From positions 21,310 to 85,309 of the forward strand of contig MQRK01244224.1 of NCBI GenBank assembly GCA_001938485.1: DNA of 64,000 nucleotides, given 5' to 3'. How positions within the stretch are numbered: position 1 is the first letter of the stretch; each line of letters begins with the position of its first letter. Below the pieces are notes generated by a model, which searched no databases, was not told where the DNA came from, and saw nothing but the letters and a program-made list of their open reading frames with translations. Below, one piece after another: positions 39,231-53,110 of this stretch. A program made the position numbers and the translations under genes. This DNA comes from Girardia tigrina (lineage: Eukaryota).

Positions 39231-42200
39231 ATATGTATCTATGTATATAGTGCAAGCTATTTTAAAGCATGGGAAGAAACTATAATCAAAATATTAAAAT
39301 AAATATATGAAATAAAAAATAGCAGATTATATTTAGTTTTATGATGAAGTTTCAATGTAAGAGTAACATGAGGATTTAATCACGAATTGATGAAATTATA
39401 CTGGGTAAACTATTCTCATACGGCTAATTTTATAAAAATAATAATGTTAATATTCTACATTATTATTTATATATAGTTTAGCAAAATGTTTAATACATAA
39501 TATTTATGTTCAAATTACACTGAAGATAAATTCCACAAATAAAAAAATAAAAGCATTTCACACCAAAATAATTTTTACATGCTGTATATTTTTATGGAAA
39601 AATTTTATTTCATTGTTACAAAAAAATATTTTATATTAAATATTATATTTTCCTACATATAAAAAATGATTTAAAATGTAAACAAAATAATGTTTCCAAC
39701 AATTAAGTCAATAAATAACAGGAACAACTTATTATAATAGTAGTTACAAACAATGATAAACATGTTAAAGGTAGTTAAGTTAGATACGCTTTACAATTAG
39801 ATTTTTACGGTTAAATAATATTTGAAATACGTTTTAGAGAAAGGTACGTAACGCGACCGATAATTCAATGACCGACTCAATGCTCTAAAAATGTGTATGC
39901 TTTAAAACTTTTGTGACAAAAACTTTAAATAATTAAAAGGGAACATATAAATAGTGCCTGAGGTTTAAAGTACTATCTCCTGATGTTTAGTCCTTGCTAA
40001 ACAGTTTACTCTAGACAACATATGGCTGAAATAAGAACGCCAAATAAAGGATGTTGATAAGTTTCATTTCTGAGATGTCGTCTTAAAACAAATGTGAGAT
40101 CAAAAACAACATAATATTTTTGTTCATTACATTCGTTCAAATAAGACCAATTCTCTGCAATTTCCATACATGACGAGAAAAGAGAAGCCGAAATACTCTG
40201 GATATATTAAATAAATTGTGTAATCTCAATAATCTTAATTTAATTAGTTGTTTGAAGTTTTATTTGAATAAGATAAATAACGATAAGTTAAATTGATTTT
40301 AATCAAACTCAGTAAGAAAAAAGATATCAGAGTAGGTACAAATAACGAAGAAACAGGGTCACAAGGATTAAAAAAACGTTTTAAATAGTGACTTCAAATT
40401 ACTCCTGGAATTAGTCTCTCTTGTATTTAATGGATTGAATATTGATGTTTATGGAGAAAGTTAATTTGGTGTTGATTTGTGAGATTAATCTATAAATATC
40501 TGTTAAGAAGGATTTTGATTGTAAAAATTTGATGGTAGTGTTAAAGGAACTCACATATTTGATTGAACATTTATTACATTGACAAGTTTGATCATCTCAA
40601 TAACAATTACAATTATCGCTCGCACTTAAATCCATCACTCAATGTTTAATACTTCTCATTACAATCTGAAATAACTTGAAGAAAATTATTTAATTTAAAT
40701 TTTACTGGCTAAAATAAAATTACTTTTTTAAATCATTTTTAAACATTAATTGGATTTCCAATATTTAAAAATTTACAAAAATAAAATCAATAAAATTATT
40801 TAAAAGTTACAATAATAAAAATTAAAATATTAAATCTAAATTTAAATAAATTAGTTTCAGATTATAAGAATTAAAATATTAATCATCCATCTGATTAGGA
40901 GAGGCACATTCCCAAATCAACACACAACATTTAGACATGCAAACACTACACAAAACCATTAACACACTGAATATTCCTCGCAGGTAGGATAATATGTCAT
41001 CAAATATTCTCTATCACTAGCTAGTTATAGAGGTAAGTAATAAGTCCAAATAATCTTATTACATTCATCAGATGATAAATATCATTGATTAGTTTAGTAA
41101 ATAATTATCCAATAATATTGTAAATTTTGTGGTTTCATATTTTTGTTTATTTTGCTTATTATAGAATATTATAAATATAATATTATAAATGTATTTATTT
41201 TTTCCACCTTACTGGATGGTTGCTTAAAGTAAAGTCTTAAAGGATTGGATAAACCTATATTCTTATTTATAAATTTGGAATATTACTAAAGTATGGAAAA
41301 GACAAATATTGATCTAGAAAATTATAAATTTAAAAGTTTAAAAATAAATTCACAAATTATACGTAGCAGATTCAAACATATTCGTATAATAATTGAAATA
41401 TTTATTTTTCATAAAAGAATAAAATATTTATATTATATTTTTAAAAACAAATAATTAATAATTTAAATTAATTTTATAACTTTTATAAGTAGATATTATA
41501 AATATTTTATTAATTTAAAATATATTATTAGCTTATTCGATACAAGTAAACTAATACTTATTTTGATATTTCAAAAAGTTGATTGTAATAAAATATTCTG
41601 CAATTTCGTGACAATGAGTCGAGAGTAGGGTAAAGTTTATTTTTGCATGAACTAATTTCAAATTTAATTCTTTTTTACTCACTCAACGTTTCCTAATCGG
41701 CTAAAGGGAAATCCAAAAACTCTCTTCAAAAAACAACAAAATAGTGAACAGTCTGAAAAGAGAATTCTTTGTTGAAGAGAAGCTATTTAATTAATGCTTT
41801 TTTTGCAACAATCGAGTTATACATCTTCTAATCTCTTTTGTTTTTAATTCTTCTTAATATGAAAATAGAATAAGTTATAGAATATCTATTTAGAAGGATG
41901 TTTTATACAAAATGCATTTTGAATATCCTAACTGTTCACTCTTAATATACATTCTTATTTAATAAAATTTTAAATATTTTAAAAATAAAGCAACTTCTAG
42001 CATCGTTTGCTGGTATCAAAATTTCTGTAGAGTTTTATTAATGTTTGCTTGTGGAATGTTTTTGAATGGTGTTTATTGTATGTTGTTTGGAATGTTGTTT
42101 TATGATTGTGTTTCTCCAACCAAAATGAAATATTGTTATTTTAAATATTTTAAAACATCGGATTATTTAATAAATCCTATGTTTAAAACATTTGTGCCTC

Positions 42201-42649
42201 AATCTTCATCTTCATCATCCCCACCTCCATCATTGTCACCCTTGTTAGGAATTAAAATTGTTAAGAATATTTTTAAAAGGTTAAATTAAATATGTACAAA
42301 TTAAAATTTTTATATAATTAAATATGTAACGTTTGAAAAAATAAATTATTAAAATTAAGAAGATCTAATTAAGTTGTTATTAATTAAAATTTTTTGAGAG
42401 TTTTAAATATAATATAAATATTAAAATATATAATTTTTATATGTGGAACGATTTTTAAAAATCAATAAAATTAAACGAAACGATTAAATATTTTAAAATG
42501 TTATCGTAATTTAAAATTGATTTATAAAATTAATATAAAAAAATCAAATATGAATATTTATAAATATTTTTATTTATAGTGGTTTAAGATTTATAAAACA
42601 AATGGTTTCTCAAAAAATAATAAGTTTATTTAAACACCAGATTTAAATA

Positions 42650-43320
42650 TTTGTTTTGTGTTGTATAATAAAGTTTGGATGTCTGAAGTAAATCTTAATT
42701 ATAATTCCGAGGATGTTCCAAGAACCTCTAATAACCATCGTCGACGTCACCATAAGCAGCAGGTTTATCGTCATCTCTAGTACATATTTTTCTGCGCTTT
42801 GATGGATGAATATAAATCTTGCTAGCAATCTTTCCAGTTGTATATCCAACACGTCCTTCACTCTGCATCATGACTTCGTGAAGTTTTTTTTTCTTCGGGA
42901 CTTAGTCAATGTCCATTTAAGTTAGTGACGTTAAATAAATTGTCGAAAAATTGATAAATGTTGCCAGCTGGTCTTTTCAAGTATGCATAGTATCTTTTCT
43001 TTGTCGTCTCAATTTTCCGAACAAGCGAGCGTGAAGAAAGTATAGGAAAATAAAGGTGATTCCACAGATGCTGAACTTCTTCAATTAGTTCTATTCGTTT
43101 CTTTCTAGATTTATCCACTTCAACCAGACCCAAATATTTACCAATTATCATATATTCCTTTGGCATTTTGCACAATGAATCCAACTTTTTAATCTCAATG
43201 GTATTTTTTCCTCTTTTTTACTAGAATCATGAAACTTCGTTCAATTAGGACTCCAAGTCTCTTTGTTTTTAGCAACAACAACCGATGATGTCTTGAAATA
43301 CATGTCAAAAATCAATTAAT
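42650..43320 (-). mobile_element. N-terminal fragment of a probable DNA transposase (possibly hATm-like)
   Basis: LWNHLYFPILS..RKIE...Y..Y.K...FFDNLFNV resembles recalled N-termini of invertebrate DNA transposases; family not certain. Confidence 0.4.
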
Positions 43321-44698
43321 GATGCAATCTACAATAATATCTACAATCGACAATAATAATATTTAATTAACAAAGTAAAAATTCTGATATGACATTAGTA
43401 AAAAAGCATTTAATAATAATTTATAAAATAACAGGTCAATTGGTTTCAATGGTAAAATTTCACAATTGGAAAAATGGTTTCGTGGGTGAAGTTTTTTCAA
43501 GTAACTAGCATAATTTCGGTGCACTTATCTCTCTTTCATAAAAGTTCACCCACTACTACCATGCAAAATCATTTTTTTCGTATTTTTTAAAAAAAGTCAT
43601 ATACCTTGTATATATATATATATTAATATGTATATTAATATGTATATATATTTTATATATATTAAAAAAATTAAATTAGTTTAAAAATTTTATATATTAT
43701 ATGTATAAAAAAATGTTAAATTATTATACGTGTTTTTGTGAAATATTTTGTTATATTTATGTAAGTTTAATTATGTTAAAAATGAAAAGAAAATGCTGGT
43801 GCCTAAATATTGTACGTTAGCGGAATCACTGCATAATTTTTGAATAAATATATTAATTCAAATGACGTACATTGTTTGTAAATCTCAATCTTTATCGAAT
43901 AAGTTTAAAGAAATTCTTGTCGAATTTACGTTAAAAGCTCGAAAAAAGAACCCGATAATCTTTACGAATTCGCTGTAAACTATTGTCGAACGCTATTAAA
44001 ATTTCATTTGACCGAAGTACAAAAATTGTCATCGTTAGACACGAATCTCGAAACGTGGTTCGAAAAGAACATATCAAACGTCGATAATATGGACAATGTG
44101 GAAATCTACCACAGAAAATCCAGTCGTAGATTGACGATATAAGCAGAAAGTTGGAATCTGCACGAAATCATTTTAAAACACTCGAAAGACGTTCTTTAAG
44201 AGAAAAAGAAATGGCCCTCGTAAGGGCCATAATTTAAGGTTGTAAAAATGCAGCTACAATTGAACCTCCTTAGGGTCATAAATTACGATTATAGCGAAAA
44301 CAGAAGCACGCTTCCCAATTTAAAAGAAATTCGAAATCTAATATCAATAAATGTATTGAAAATATAATTAATGCTCTTATTAGTTTGTATATCAAAATGT
44401 ATGTACTTAAAAATATTTAGTAATATAGTAATTCACTCAGGTATACCGATATCAATAAAATAATCACAATTAATTAAGTCTATGTAATAATCAAATAGAA
44501 CTTTGGTACAAAGTAACAAAACATCGACTACAAAGGTTGACATTTGTTTTCTAAAAGTAATTTTATGTGTGACAAAAAATCGTAAAAATGTTTTAGATTA
44601 ATTTCAAAGATTCAGTGAATAACTAATTAATGCATAATAGTTTGAAAAAGTATGAAATAATAAAAAAAATATTTTTTGTGAATAATTCAAAATTTATA

Positions 44699-45870
44699 TT
44701 GGGTTGGCCAAAAAAGTCATTGCGTTTTTTACTAAAATATTTATTATCAAAAATGATATGGATGCACAAATATTTTTACACGATATACTGTCCATTATTT
44801 TCAATCACTTTTTCCCACCTTTCCGGTATCTTTATTATTCCTGATTCATAAAAGCCTTTGCCTTTGTCAGCAAAAAAACCGTCTACGAACGATTTGATGT
44901 CATCATCACTGGCGAATGTTTTTTCTGTTTAAGGAATTCTGCAGTGATCTAAATAAGTGAAAATTCGATGGGGCCAAGTCTGGAGAATACGGTGGATGCG
45001 CAAAACCTCCCAACCCAGTGATAAGAGTTTCTGGCGAGTGGTCAAACTTGTATGCGGTCTTGCGTTATCATGCTGAATTACAACTCCTTTTCGATTTGCA
45101 AATTCTGGACGTTCCTGTTGAATTGAATGAGCCAATTTTTCCAGCTGACCACAATATTTGTCTGAATTGAAGGTTTCATTCCTCGGAAGGAGTTCAAAAA
45201 ACACAATTCCTTTAAAATCTCACCAGACGGAAAGCATAACCTTCTTTTGGTGAATTTCTGCTTTTGTGATTGTTTTGGCAGGCTCACCACGTTTTGTCCA
45301 TGATCTTCGGCGTTCCACATTGTTGTAAACAATCCATTTTTCGTCACCAGTAATCAAGCGCTTCAAAAATGGATCAATTTGTTCTCGCTTCAAAAGGGAA
45401 TTGTAAATATCTATACGTTTCACCAAATGAATTTCTTTCAGTTCATGTGGTAACCACATATCAATTTTACTGACGAATCCAAGTTTCTTTAAATGACTTC
45501 CAACACTTGATTCTGATATTTCCAGAGTCTCTGCAACTTCTCTTGTCGTCATATGTGGATTAGATTTGATCAGTGCTGTTATTTNNNNNNNNNNNNNNNN
45601 NNNNNNNNNNNNNNNNNNNNNNNNNNNNNNNNNNAAGAGTAGCTTCTGCCATGTCTACCAGCAAAAATAAAATTATGTAATTATAACACACAAAAAGATA
45701 TGGTGTCTATATTACGTGTTCTCAAATAGCTGCCGCACCCTGTATATATTAAAAAAATTAAATTAGTTTAAAAATATATAATTGAATTTAAATTTTATCA
45801 CATCGTTTTACATTTTCAAGCTTTTTATTAGGACGTACTCAAAAACGCAATGACGTTTTGGCCAACCCAA
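44699..45870 (-). mobile_element. Mariner (DD34D, cecropia-like) with both TIRs, frameshifted
   Basis: TIRs TTGGGTTGGCCAAAA..GTCATTGCGTTTTT with TA on both sides; WLPHEL, ITGDEKW, HDNARPH and HPPYSPDLAPS motifs. Confidence 0.93.
45635..45744. mobile_element. End of a Tc1-like element nested in the mariner
   Basis: tgccgcaccctgta is the reverse complement of TA-CAGGGTGCGGCA, a Tc1-type terminus. The sequence is unrelated to mariner coding; the remainder is in the N gap. Confidence 0.45.
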
Positions 45871-46309
45871 TATTATGGTAAGATTTAGTAAATGCATGTT
45901 TCATCAAGGATGTGCGAGATAAAGTTTAAAAGTTATCAAAGCTGACTGCAGTTCCAGTAGAATTTACCAATAAGGTGCAATGATGGATTGTATCTGTTAT
46001 TATATTTTTAAGGCAAAAATTAGAACAAATGGCATACATTTATGGTCATTGGTTTTTGTTTTATTAAAAAAGCTAGACAGTGAAGACGAATCCCACATTC
46101 TCGCGTTTTATAGATGTATCAAAACGCTTTAAAATTAGACTACAACTGAATACATTCAAAACGTTGTTTACATGTAAATTTATGTATATACATGTAAATG
46201 TTGATTTAATTCAATTAATACTGATGAAAACAGTTAGTTTGTCTTGAAATGGTAAGTGCACGTTGTGTGTTCACTAGGTGCCCGGTCTGACGATGAAAAG
46301 AAATTCCAA

Positions 46310-47324
46310 ATAGGGCCATTTTTATAATACAATAAGCTTAACGTATGTCGGCATTATTTTTTTAACATAATTTCCATTTCGCTTTACACACTTCTGCTAA
46401 CAAATAATCAACTTAGAAACGTCTTTTTAAAAAATTCTTTGGGGCATGCGGTGAAAAAATCCTCTACAGCAACCTACAAATCGTCATTGGATCAAAATTG
46501 TATGCCTATAAAACATTTTTTAGGAGTCTGAAGAGGTAAAAATCGTTCGGGACCAAATCTGAGCTGTACAGCAAAGGATTCACAAGCACTAATGCAGCAC
46601 ATTCAATTGTGGCCCGAGAAATGCCCACCGTGTGCACTGGCGCATAGTTGTTCTTCTGTTTCTATCTCTTCTTTTTAAGGTTGCCACGAGTTGTTTGTAA
46701 TAGGCAGCGTTGATAGTGAAGGCTTTATCAGCAAAATCCATGAGAATAAAATGTTTTCTATCACAGAAAAAGGAAAGCATCATCGCTCATCGATAACTTG
46801 TCCCCATTTGCATCTTCAAAATTGATTCTCCCAAGACAGTTTCCACTCTACTGACTCAAACTTTGTTTTCGTTAAATACATATTGAGTGGAATTTCATCT
46901 TCCGTTATTAAATTACAAGAAAGTTTTACCATGCTTGTCCCTCTGGTTCAATTTGTTTTGACTGCGACTCCGGAGCACTTTTTTCTGACACCCATGGATT
47001 TCAGTTTGGTGTACGCTGTACCAGCCCTGATGTTGAGCTTTATTGACAGCATTTTGATGGTAATTTGATGCTCTACTCGGACTGTCTTCTCCAATTTTTA
47101 ATCAAATATGTCAAAAAGGTTTTGTAGCTGACCTGATTTTTCTTGATCAAAAACAGAGGTGCGACCACCTTTAGCCTCTCATACCCAATATTTAATAGTT
47201 GTCAGAAATGGGAAGTTTTATAGGTAAGTTGATGGCAAACGATCTTAGATTTCAATCCATGTCTTCTTCTGCAACACAAAGACTTTACCTTAGGTCGGGT
47301 TACCTATTGAACGCACCACATGTA
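46310..47324 (-). mobile_element. Decayed mariner (same family as the split element at 33.2/37 kb)
   Basis: DFADKAFTINAAYY, YSSDLVPNDFYLFR and CVKRNGNYV; TIR-like tacatgtggtgcgttcaatag at the right end. Confidence 0.8.
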
Positions 47325-48369
47325 TTACTTGGTTATATTTTAATCTTCTTTTTTCATATTATTTTATTGTATTAACTTGAATTAAGTGTACTAAGTATAT
47401 TATAATTTATTAAAAATGACAGATAAAAAGAAGAGAAGAAAATAAGCTAATTTTTTTAAGAGGTCGGTTAAGGAACAATTTTAGAAGCCCTCCTATTGTA
47501 GGCATTTGTACCACAACAATATTGACCATCGAAAATGAGCTGCCAATAATTTGCAAATATTTTTTAATTTTATAATTAGAAAGAAAAAATAGTAAATTCA
47601 TTTTTAATTTAAAATTACAATATTCAAATGTAAATATGAGGTGACAAGCCGATATTTGTGTTTGAGTTTTGTTGAATCTTTTCTTACTTAAATAAATATT
47701 TATATTCTTCAAGAATTTTACACATGTAAATATTGAATAAATGTATTATTATTTGTTTCGTAAATGTATTAACGTAAGTGTTTAATATGTGTTTAAACAT
47801 TAATTAATTTCAACATTTCCTGTTAGATTCTCGTTTTACACAAGGATTATATCCCAAGTCCAATGGATTGGAAATCACTCCAAAACTGATGAGCTATTGA
47901 AGTAGTTAAGATAATAATTTTTTATTTTTTACCAAAGACACGATTAATAGAGTATATTAATATGTTAAGTATTAATTAAATTGTGAATTCACTTAATTTA
48001 ATTTAATTGTAATTTAATTTAATAATAATAGAAATAATGAAAAATAAGAAAATATTTAAAAGGAATTTATTGAGAAATAACTCTTTAACAGAAAGGCAAA
48101 ACGAAGACATATGAATTATCAAAAAAATGAAGAGTGTCGAGGTGTTATAGAACAAATAATTTCGGGTTAAATATTTTGAGATTTTGTAGGATGAATTGTT
48201 GAATGAGTTCGGTGATTTCTTTTGAGTTTTCGAATGTAATTTATTGTTTATTGTTATCTGGTAATATTTCTGTTATTTAAATTTTTAAATTTTAATTATT
48301 AAATGTATTAAAGATTTTTTTAATGTTTCTTTAATTATTTCTAGTTTTTAATAAAGTTATTTGTGAATG

Positions 48370-49753
48370 CTAATTTTGTATTGTTAAAAAAAAGAAATCT
48401 TAAACGATTTGTGGATTGCGAGCTAATCTGGTGTATAAATTTGATTGTCACGGGTGTAAAAACTCGTACATTGGAGAGTGAAGAAGACAGAAAGGAATCG
48501 GACGGAACTTATAGACATAAGGCTACCACATCCAATGGATATAATTGCATGTAAAAGACTCACGTTCCATTGAAAAATGGACTCCACAGAGACGAACATA
48601 CTTCAAAGACTGTGGAGAGCAACTATACCAATTGGAAAGAAGATCAGTGGAGGGAGCGAACAAATGATGAAGGAATATCTCAGTGTCGATGTGAAATGGC
48701 TATTCGGCGAAGATGCTGATTACAATGAATTTGTACAACCAATTATTCGCCGAGACCCCACCATTTCACAGAGCACATACATAGCTGGACTTATTAGGAA
48801 AAGAAGATCAGAAAGGACAGTAACAAATTTATCCAAACTCATCTGCCCGAGGGAGAAGATAATTCATTGTCCTATAGACGACTGCTTCAAAGAGTTTGCG
48901 GAAGTAAAGGAACTTAACAGGCACATGAAGATGGATCATATAGAGAGGGGTGATCAGGAAGAACCAGACTGAGCTAACAAGTTTAAATGCCACAAATGCA
49001 ACAAAGGTATAAGACAAGAAGATGGCTAATAAGACATTTGAATAAGAATCACAGAGTAGACATGAACACAGAGGAAGAAAATCAAATTAAACTAACAACA
49101 AGTGCAACAAATAAAGGAAGCAATACAACGGAAGCAGATACATCACAACATATATCAACTACCAATTCTCGGTTAGCGAAAGAACCTCCGACAATCTCAA
49201 TGGTGGTGGAGCAAACGATTAATCCCGAAGATACGCACTTGACTTTTAGGATCACTGACTCAACAGCGAGAAGAGAGTTGAAGTGCCCCTTTTGCGGCTG
49301 TGCTAAGTCCACTAACACAGCCAAAGGGATGCTCAATCATGGTACCACAGTACATGATTGGTTGGTTGTTGATTGTCACAGGTGTAAAACTCGTACATTG
49401 TTCCATTTTTCAATGGAACAGGGAAGCCAAAGAGATCTCGGAGACTGAAGCGATTCGACCCAGTAGGAGGCCTATCGGAGTAGCAACCACTGTTTAGTTT
49501 AGGTAGACCCTCTAAAGGGCCTAGTGGCTCAATACCATTCAAAAAGATGGGAAGCCCACATTGGAGAGACAAATCGTCATCTCAAAACGCGAATTAGTAA
49601 ACATTCTCACTCTAGTCGATCAAGTAAGGTTCTTGATAATTGATTACAATGTAAAAATCGAATCTCTTCTGTTTTAAAGGATGAGTTTTCTTCACACTAT
49701 GAGCGATAGTTCTGTGAATCATTTTTATACGACATACAACCCATTAATAAACA
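48370..49753 (+). mobile_element. Penelope GIY-YIG fragment interrupted by a 1.08-kb insertion
   Basis: LRANLVYKFDCHGCKNSYIGE (to 48478) resumes as IGETNRHLKTRI (from 49558); ACATTGGAGAG is duplicated at both junctions. Confidence 0.85.
48479..49557 (+). mobile_element. Rearranged 5' fragment of a C2H2 zinc-finger element (probably R2-superfamily non-LTR)
   Basis: Three C2H2-like fingers: CPIDDC..H..DH, CHKC..H..NH and CPFCGC..H..VH; one stop and one frameshift; flanked by an 11-bp TSD. Confidence 0.6.
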
Positions 49754-50858
49754 TATATATGGTCGTTCTAGGTCAACCATCTAGGGGTTGCAGCTGAGAA
49801 AAATGCTACACAAATTTTTATAAAGTTCTCCTCTTAGAATGATCAATAATTATATTTTGTCCTGAAAATCTTTAAAGAAAATCAAATTCAGTTTTGGATT
49901 CCATCGTCATAACTTTTTTTCGTATTCTGTTGATTTAAAAAAAAATTTTTATTTATTTTTATGACTTCTCCATGAGAATTATCCCGAGAGTCAATTACTA
50001 TTTTCGACGTTTCATTTTCCCATGCAAATATCAAAAAAAGCAATTTTGCATCGCCGAGACAATCGGAAATGTTTTGTCGTTTGCTTCAATAAAATAATTA
50101 TTTTAATCATTTTAAAACATTTAAAAGTTTAATAAATTTGCTATTGCTTTTCGAATTTTAAATTAAAATAAAAATACCGTTTTAGAAAAGATTTATTTCC
50201 ATTACAAAATGCAATTATTAAACGGGTTTCTAATCAACAATCCATCTTCATCCGTTATTCCTCATTTACCCTCTACCTACCTCTCCTGTGGAATGAGAAC
50301 TAAAAGCTTTCTGGTCATTATTTACTTTTGTAATGTGCTATATTTTTAACTTTTTGATAATAATATATGGGGTTTGTTATCCATCTAAAATATACTCGAT
50401 GATTTAGGTGAAGCAAATTGTGCTATTTATTAAAAACTTTCAGCGATTAAAAACTTGAAAAAACTGTTAAATATTTCTTTATCGAGTATCTCAAAAATAT
50501 ATAATTCTAGGGAAAATTGTCCTTTTTCAAAAAATAAAGAACCCCTTAGATGATGAAACGTACCTCAAAACTCAGATCAAGAATAATATTTAAATGCGAC
50601 ATTTATCCATCTTCTTCTTTTATTTTTACGAATAAAGTTCAAAATGACAAATCATCTCTGAACATATAAATATGTCAATTTAATAAAAAATAATATTTAA
50701 TTTTGCTGGTTAAACAAGAAATGTGAGTTAACACTCTCCTAACAAGAATTATTGATTGATATATTAAATAGTCTAATTTTTCAAGTGAAACGTATCGAAC
50801 AAAACATTTTTTAGAATCTCAACATCAATTAATATTAGGTTGACATTGTTTTGTATCT

Positions 50859-51800
50859 ATTAGGTTGTTAATTTCAAAACTTCATAACTTTCATAATATT
50901 CCATAAGAAAAAATAATAATGGTCGGGATTGGATAAAGTCGACGAAGGCTTTTTTTACATGATCCTGATTGGCGAAGATCCTACAGCGGTGAAAGTTATA
51001 AAGATGCTTGAGAAGGTTGTAATCTGTTGATGAAAGGTTTAGAAACTATAGTGAATGAGAGAGAACCTTTATCTCGAAACCGTTTAATTTTTCTGCACTG
51101 ATCCGTGACCAATGCCGAATGCTGTTGATGTAATTTTTCAATAATATCGTCGAATCTTTGACAAATAGACTCTGTTTTAATAGTCTAATAAGTTTCTAAG
51201 AGGTAGTTAGCATTTTTTGTTGGGTTAAAGCCATTGGAAAGTGTTTCTTGGCTAATCTTATTCCAGCCACTGTGTAGAACGCTTCATATTGTCGTACAGA
51301 ATCTACTTTTCATAACACGTAGCCATGTGTTCAAAATTAATAGTTCTTGTAGCGCAACATCAGATAAGATGAAACTTCGAAACGTGCAAATTTATGGAAA
51401 TCATTCAAGCTTTTTCCCATTTCAAATTCGATTCAAAGCATCTTCCACATTAAGTTTGTTTTACAATTTCTCAAATTATCTGAGACCAGTCAGCTTCAAC
51501 CAAGGCTCTCATTTCGTCATTCTGGATTATTATAGGTTGACCTGATTGTATTGCAACTTCGAAACCGATATTCCCCGAAATGACTTTCTGGAACCAGCAT
51601 TACATAGTGGTTTTATCGACACTGTTTCTGACCAAAACAGCCTAATTTGTTTTAGCCCCTTCCACCGTCATAAAACAAAAATTGTCTAAATTGCCTTTTT
51701 GATATGTTAAGAATTATCTGCAAATTAGTTTGAAAAAATTACGGTTTAAAAAAAACAAAATATCCCTTTATAGGTCAAAAAAATTTGCTATAAAACAATA
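50859..51800 (-). mobile_element. Highly decayed mariner
   Basis: tattaggttg terminus, plus remnants of a WFQK..SGN N-terminal segment and a YSPDLAP-like C-terminal segment. Confidence 0.5.
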
Positions 51801-51867
51801 TATAAAAACTAATTATTGTTATTGAAAGGCGACGAAAAGTGTACAAATCAAAAGATGCAAAACTTAT

Positions 51868-52285
51868 CTATGATGAGAAATGGATCCTGTATGATAACCG
51901 ACGTCGATCTGCACAGTGGTTGGACAAAGATGAAGTACCGAAACACTTTCCAAAACCGAAACTAACACCCCGTAAGGTTATGGTGANNNNNNNNNNNNNN
52001 NNNNNNNNNNNNNNNNNNNNNNNNNNNNNNNNNNNNTCCACTATAGTTTCTTGAATCCAGGTGAAACAATCACAGCGGAGAGGTACTGTCATGAAATTGA
52101 TGAAATGCATAAGAAATTGAAAACCCTTTGTCCGGGATTGGTCAATCAAAAAAGTACCATCCTTCTTCATGATAACGCTAGACCTCATATTTCAAAAGTG
52201 ACTCTTCAAAAGCTTAATGAGTTGGGCTATGAAACCCTGCTTCATCCACATTATTCACCAGACATCTCACCAACGGACTTTTGTT
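51868..52285 (+). mobile_element. Mariner transposase catalytic fragment (Hsmar1/cecropia-like)
   Basis: DEKWILYDNRRRSAQWLD, PGETITAERYC, LLHDNARPH and HPHYSPDISPTDF. Confidence 0.9.
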
Positions 52286-52539
52286 TCTGTGAATTTGCAC
52301 GTCTTTGAAGTTTGTGTCCTAAAACCGCCATTATTTTTCTACCAACCTTATATTACATTTTTAAAAATGTTTGTCACATTTTTAATGTTTAACTCTCTTC
52401 TCGGAGATTATTTTTATTATTCTTCTGATTTTTCTTAAAAACAAAGAAAATATTTTAATATTTTCTAATCCCATAAAGATAGGAAATAAAAACTCATTTG
52501 AAAATCGAGACTTATATGGGGAAATAAAAAGTGGAAAAA

Positions 52540-53110
52540 TAAATCGTGTTCAAAAACCTTTTCAGGAACCATGGGAACCTTTCACTTTTGTAACCTGTGT
52601 TAAGCCAGTCGGACATACCTCCACACGGTGTCCCTGGAAACTAAAAGGTCTTGAACCCTCTTGGTTAAAGTATACGAAGCTTGCTTTGTTGGAGTTGCTG
52701 ATCAGAATATTATAGTAGAATAAGGCTTACAATTCACTACCGAAAAGACAAAGCTATTTTGAACGGGATTGTAGAAGTCACGTAATGTTGTGGCCCACTA
52801 TCCGATTGAGTGTTTCGACACGACATGTCGATTCAGCTCCTGAAAAACTCTAAGAGTTATTGGTTCTGGTGCTATATGCCCGGGAAGGAGGCTTATGCAG
52901 GCACAATATACCATGGACAACGTTTTTCAATGTGCCTCTCATAGATTAAATCTGGTTGTCAATGATTTAAATAATTTTCAAGAAATAAGAAGCACAGCCA
53001 CATCAATAAAAGAGAAGATTATTTTTCCCTTTAGAAGGAAATGTATCCCAGATATACAGTTTTTTTGTAAAACACGTTGGAAAATAAAAATCGGAACGAA
53101 GCTATAATCG
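52540..53110 (+). mobile_element. Decayed hAT transposase fragment
   Basis: CASHRLNLV and CKTRW motifs. Confidence 0.65.

Noticed and set aside
40005-40190. Minus-strand open stretch (..YYVVFDLTFVLRRHL..) resembling a pre-M1 segment
   Set aside because: No convincing splice sites, it ends in a stop, and the channel is already complete across this intron.
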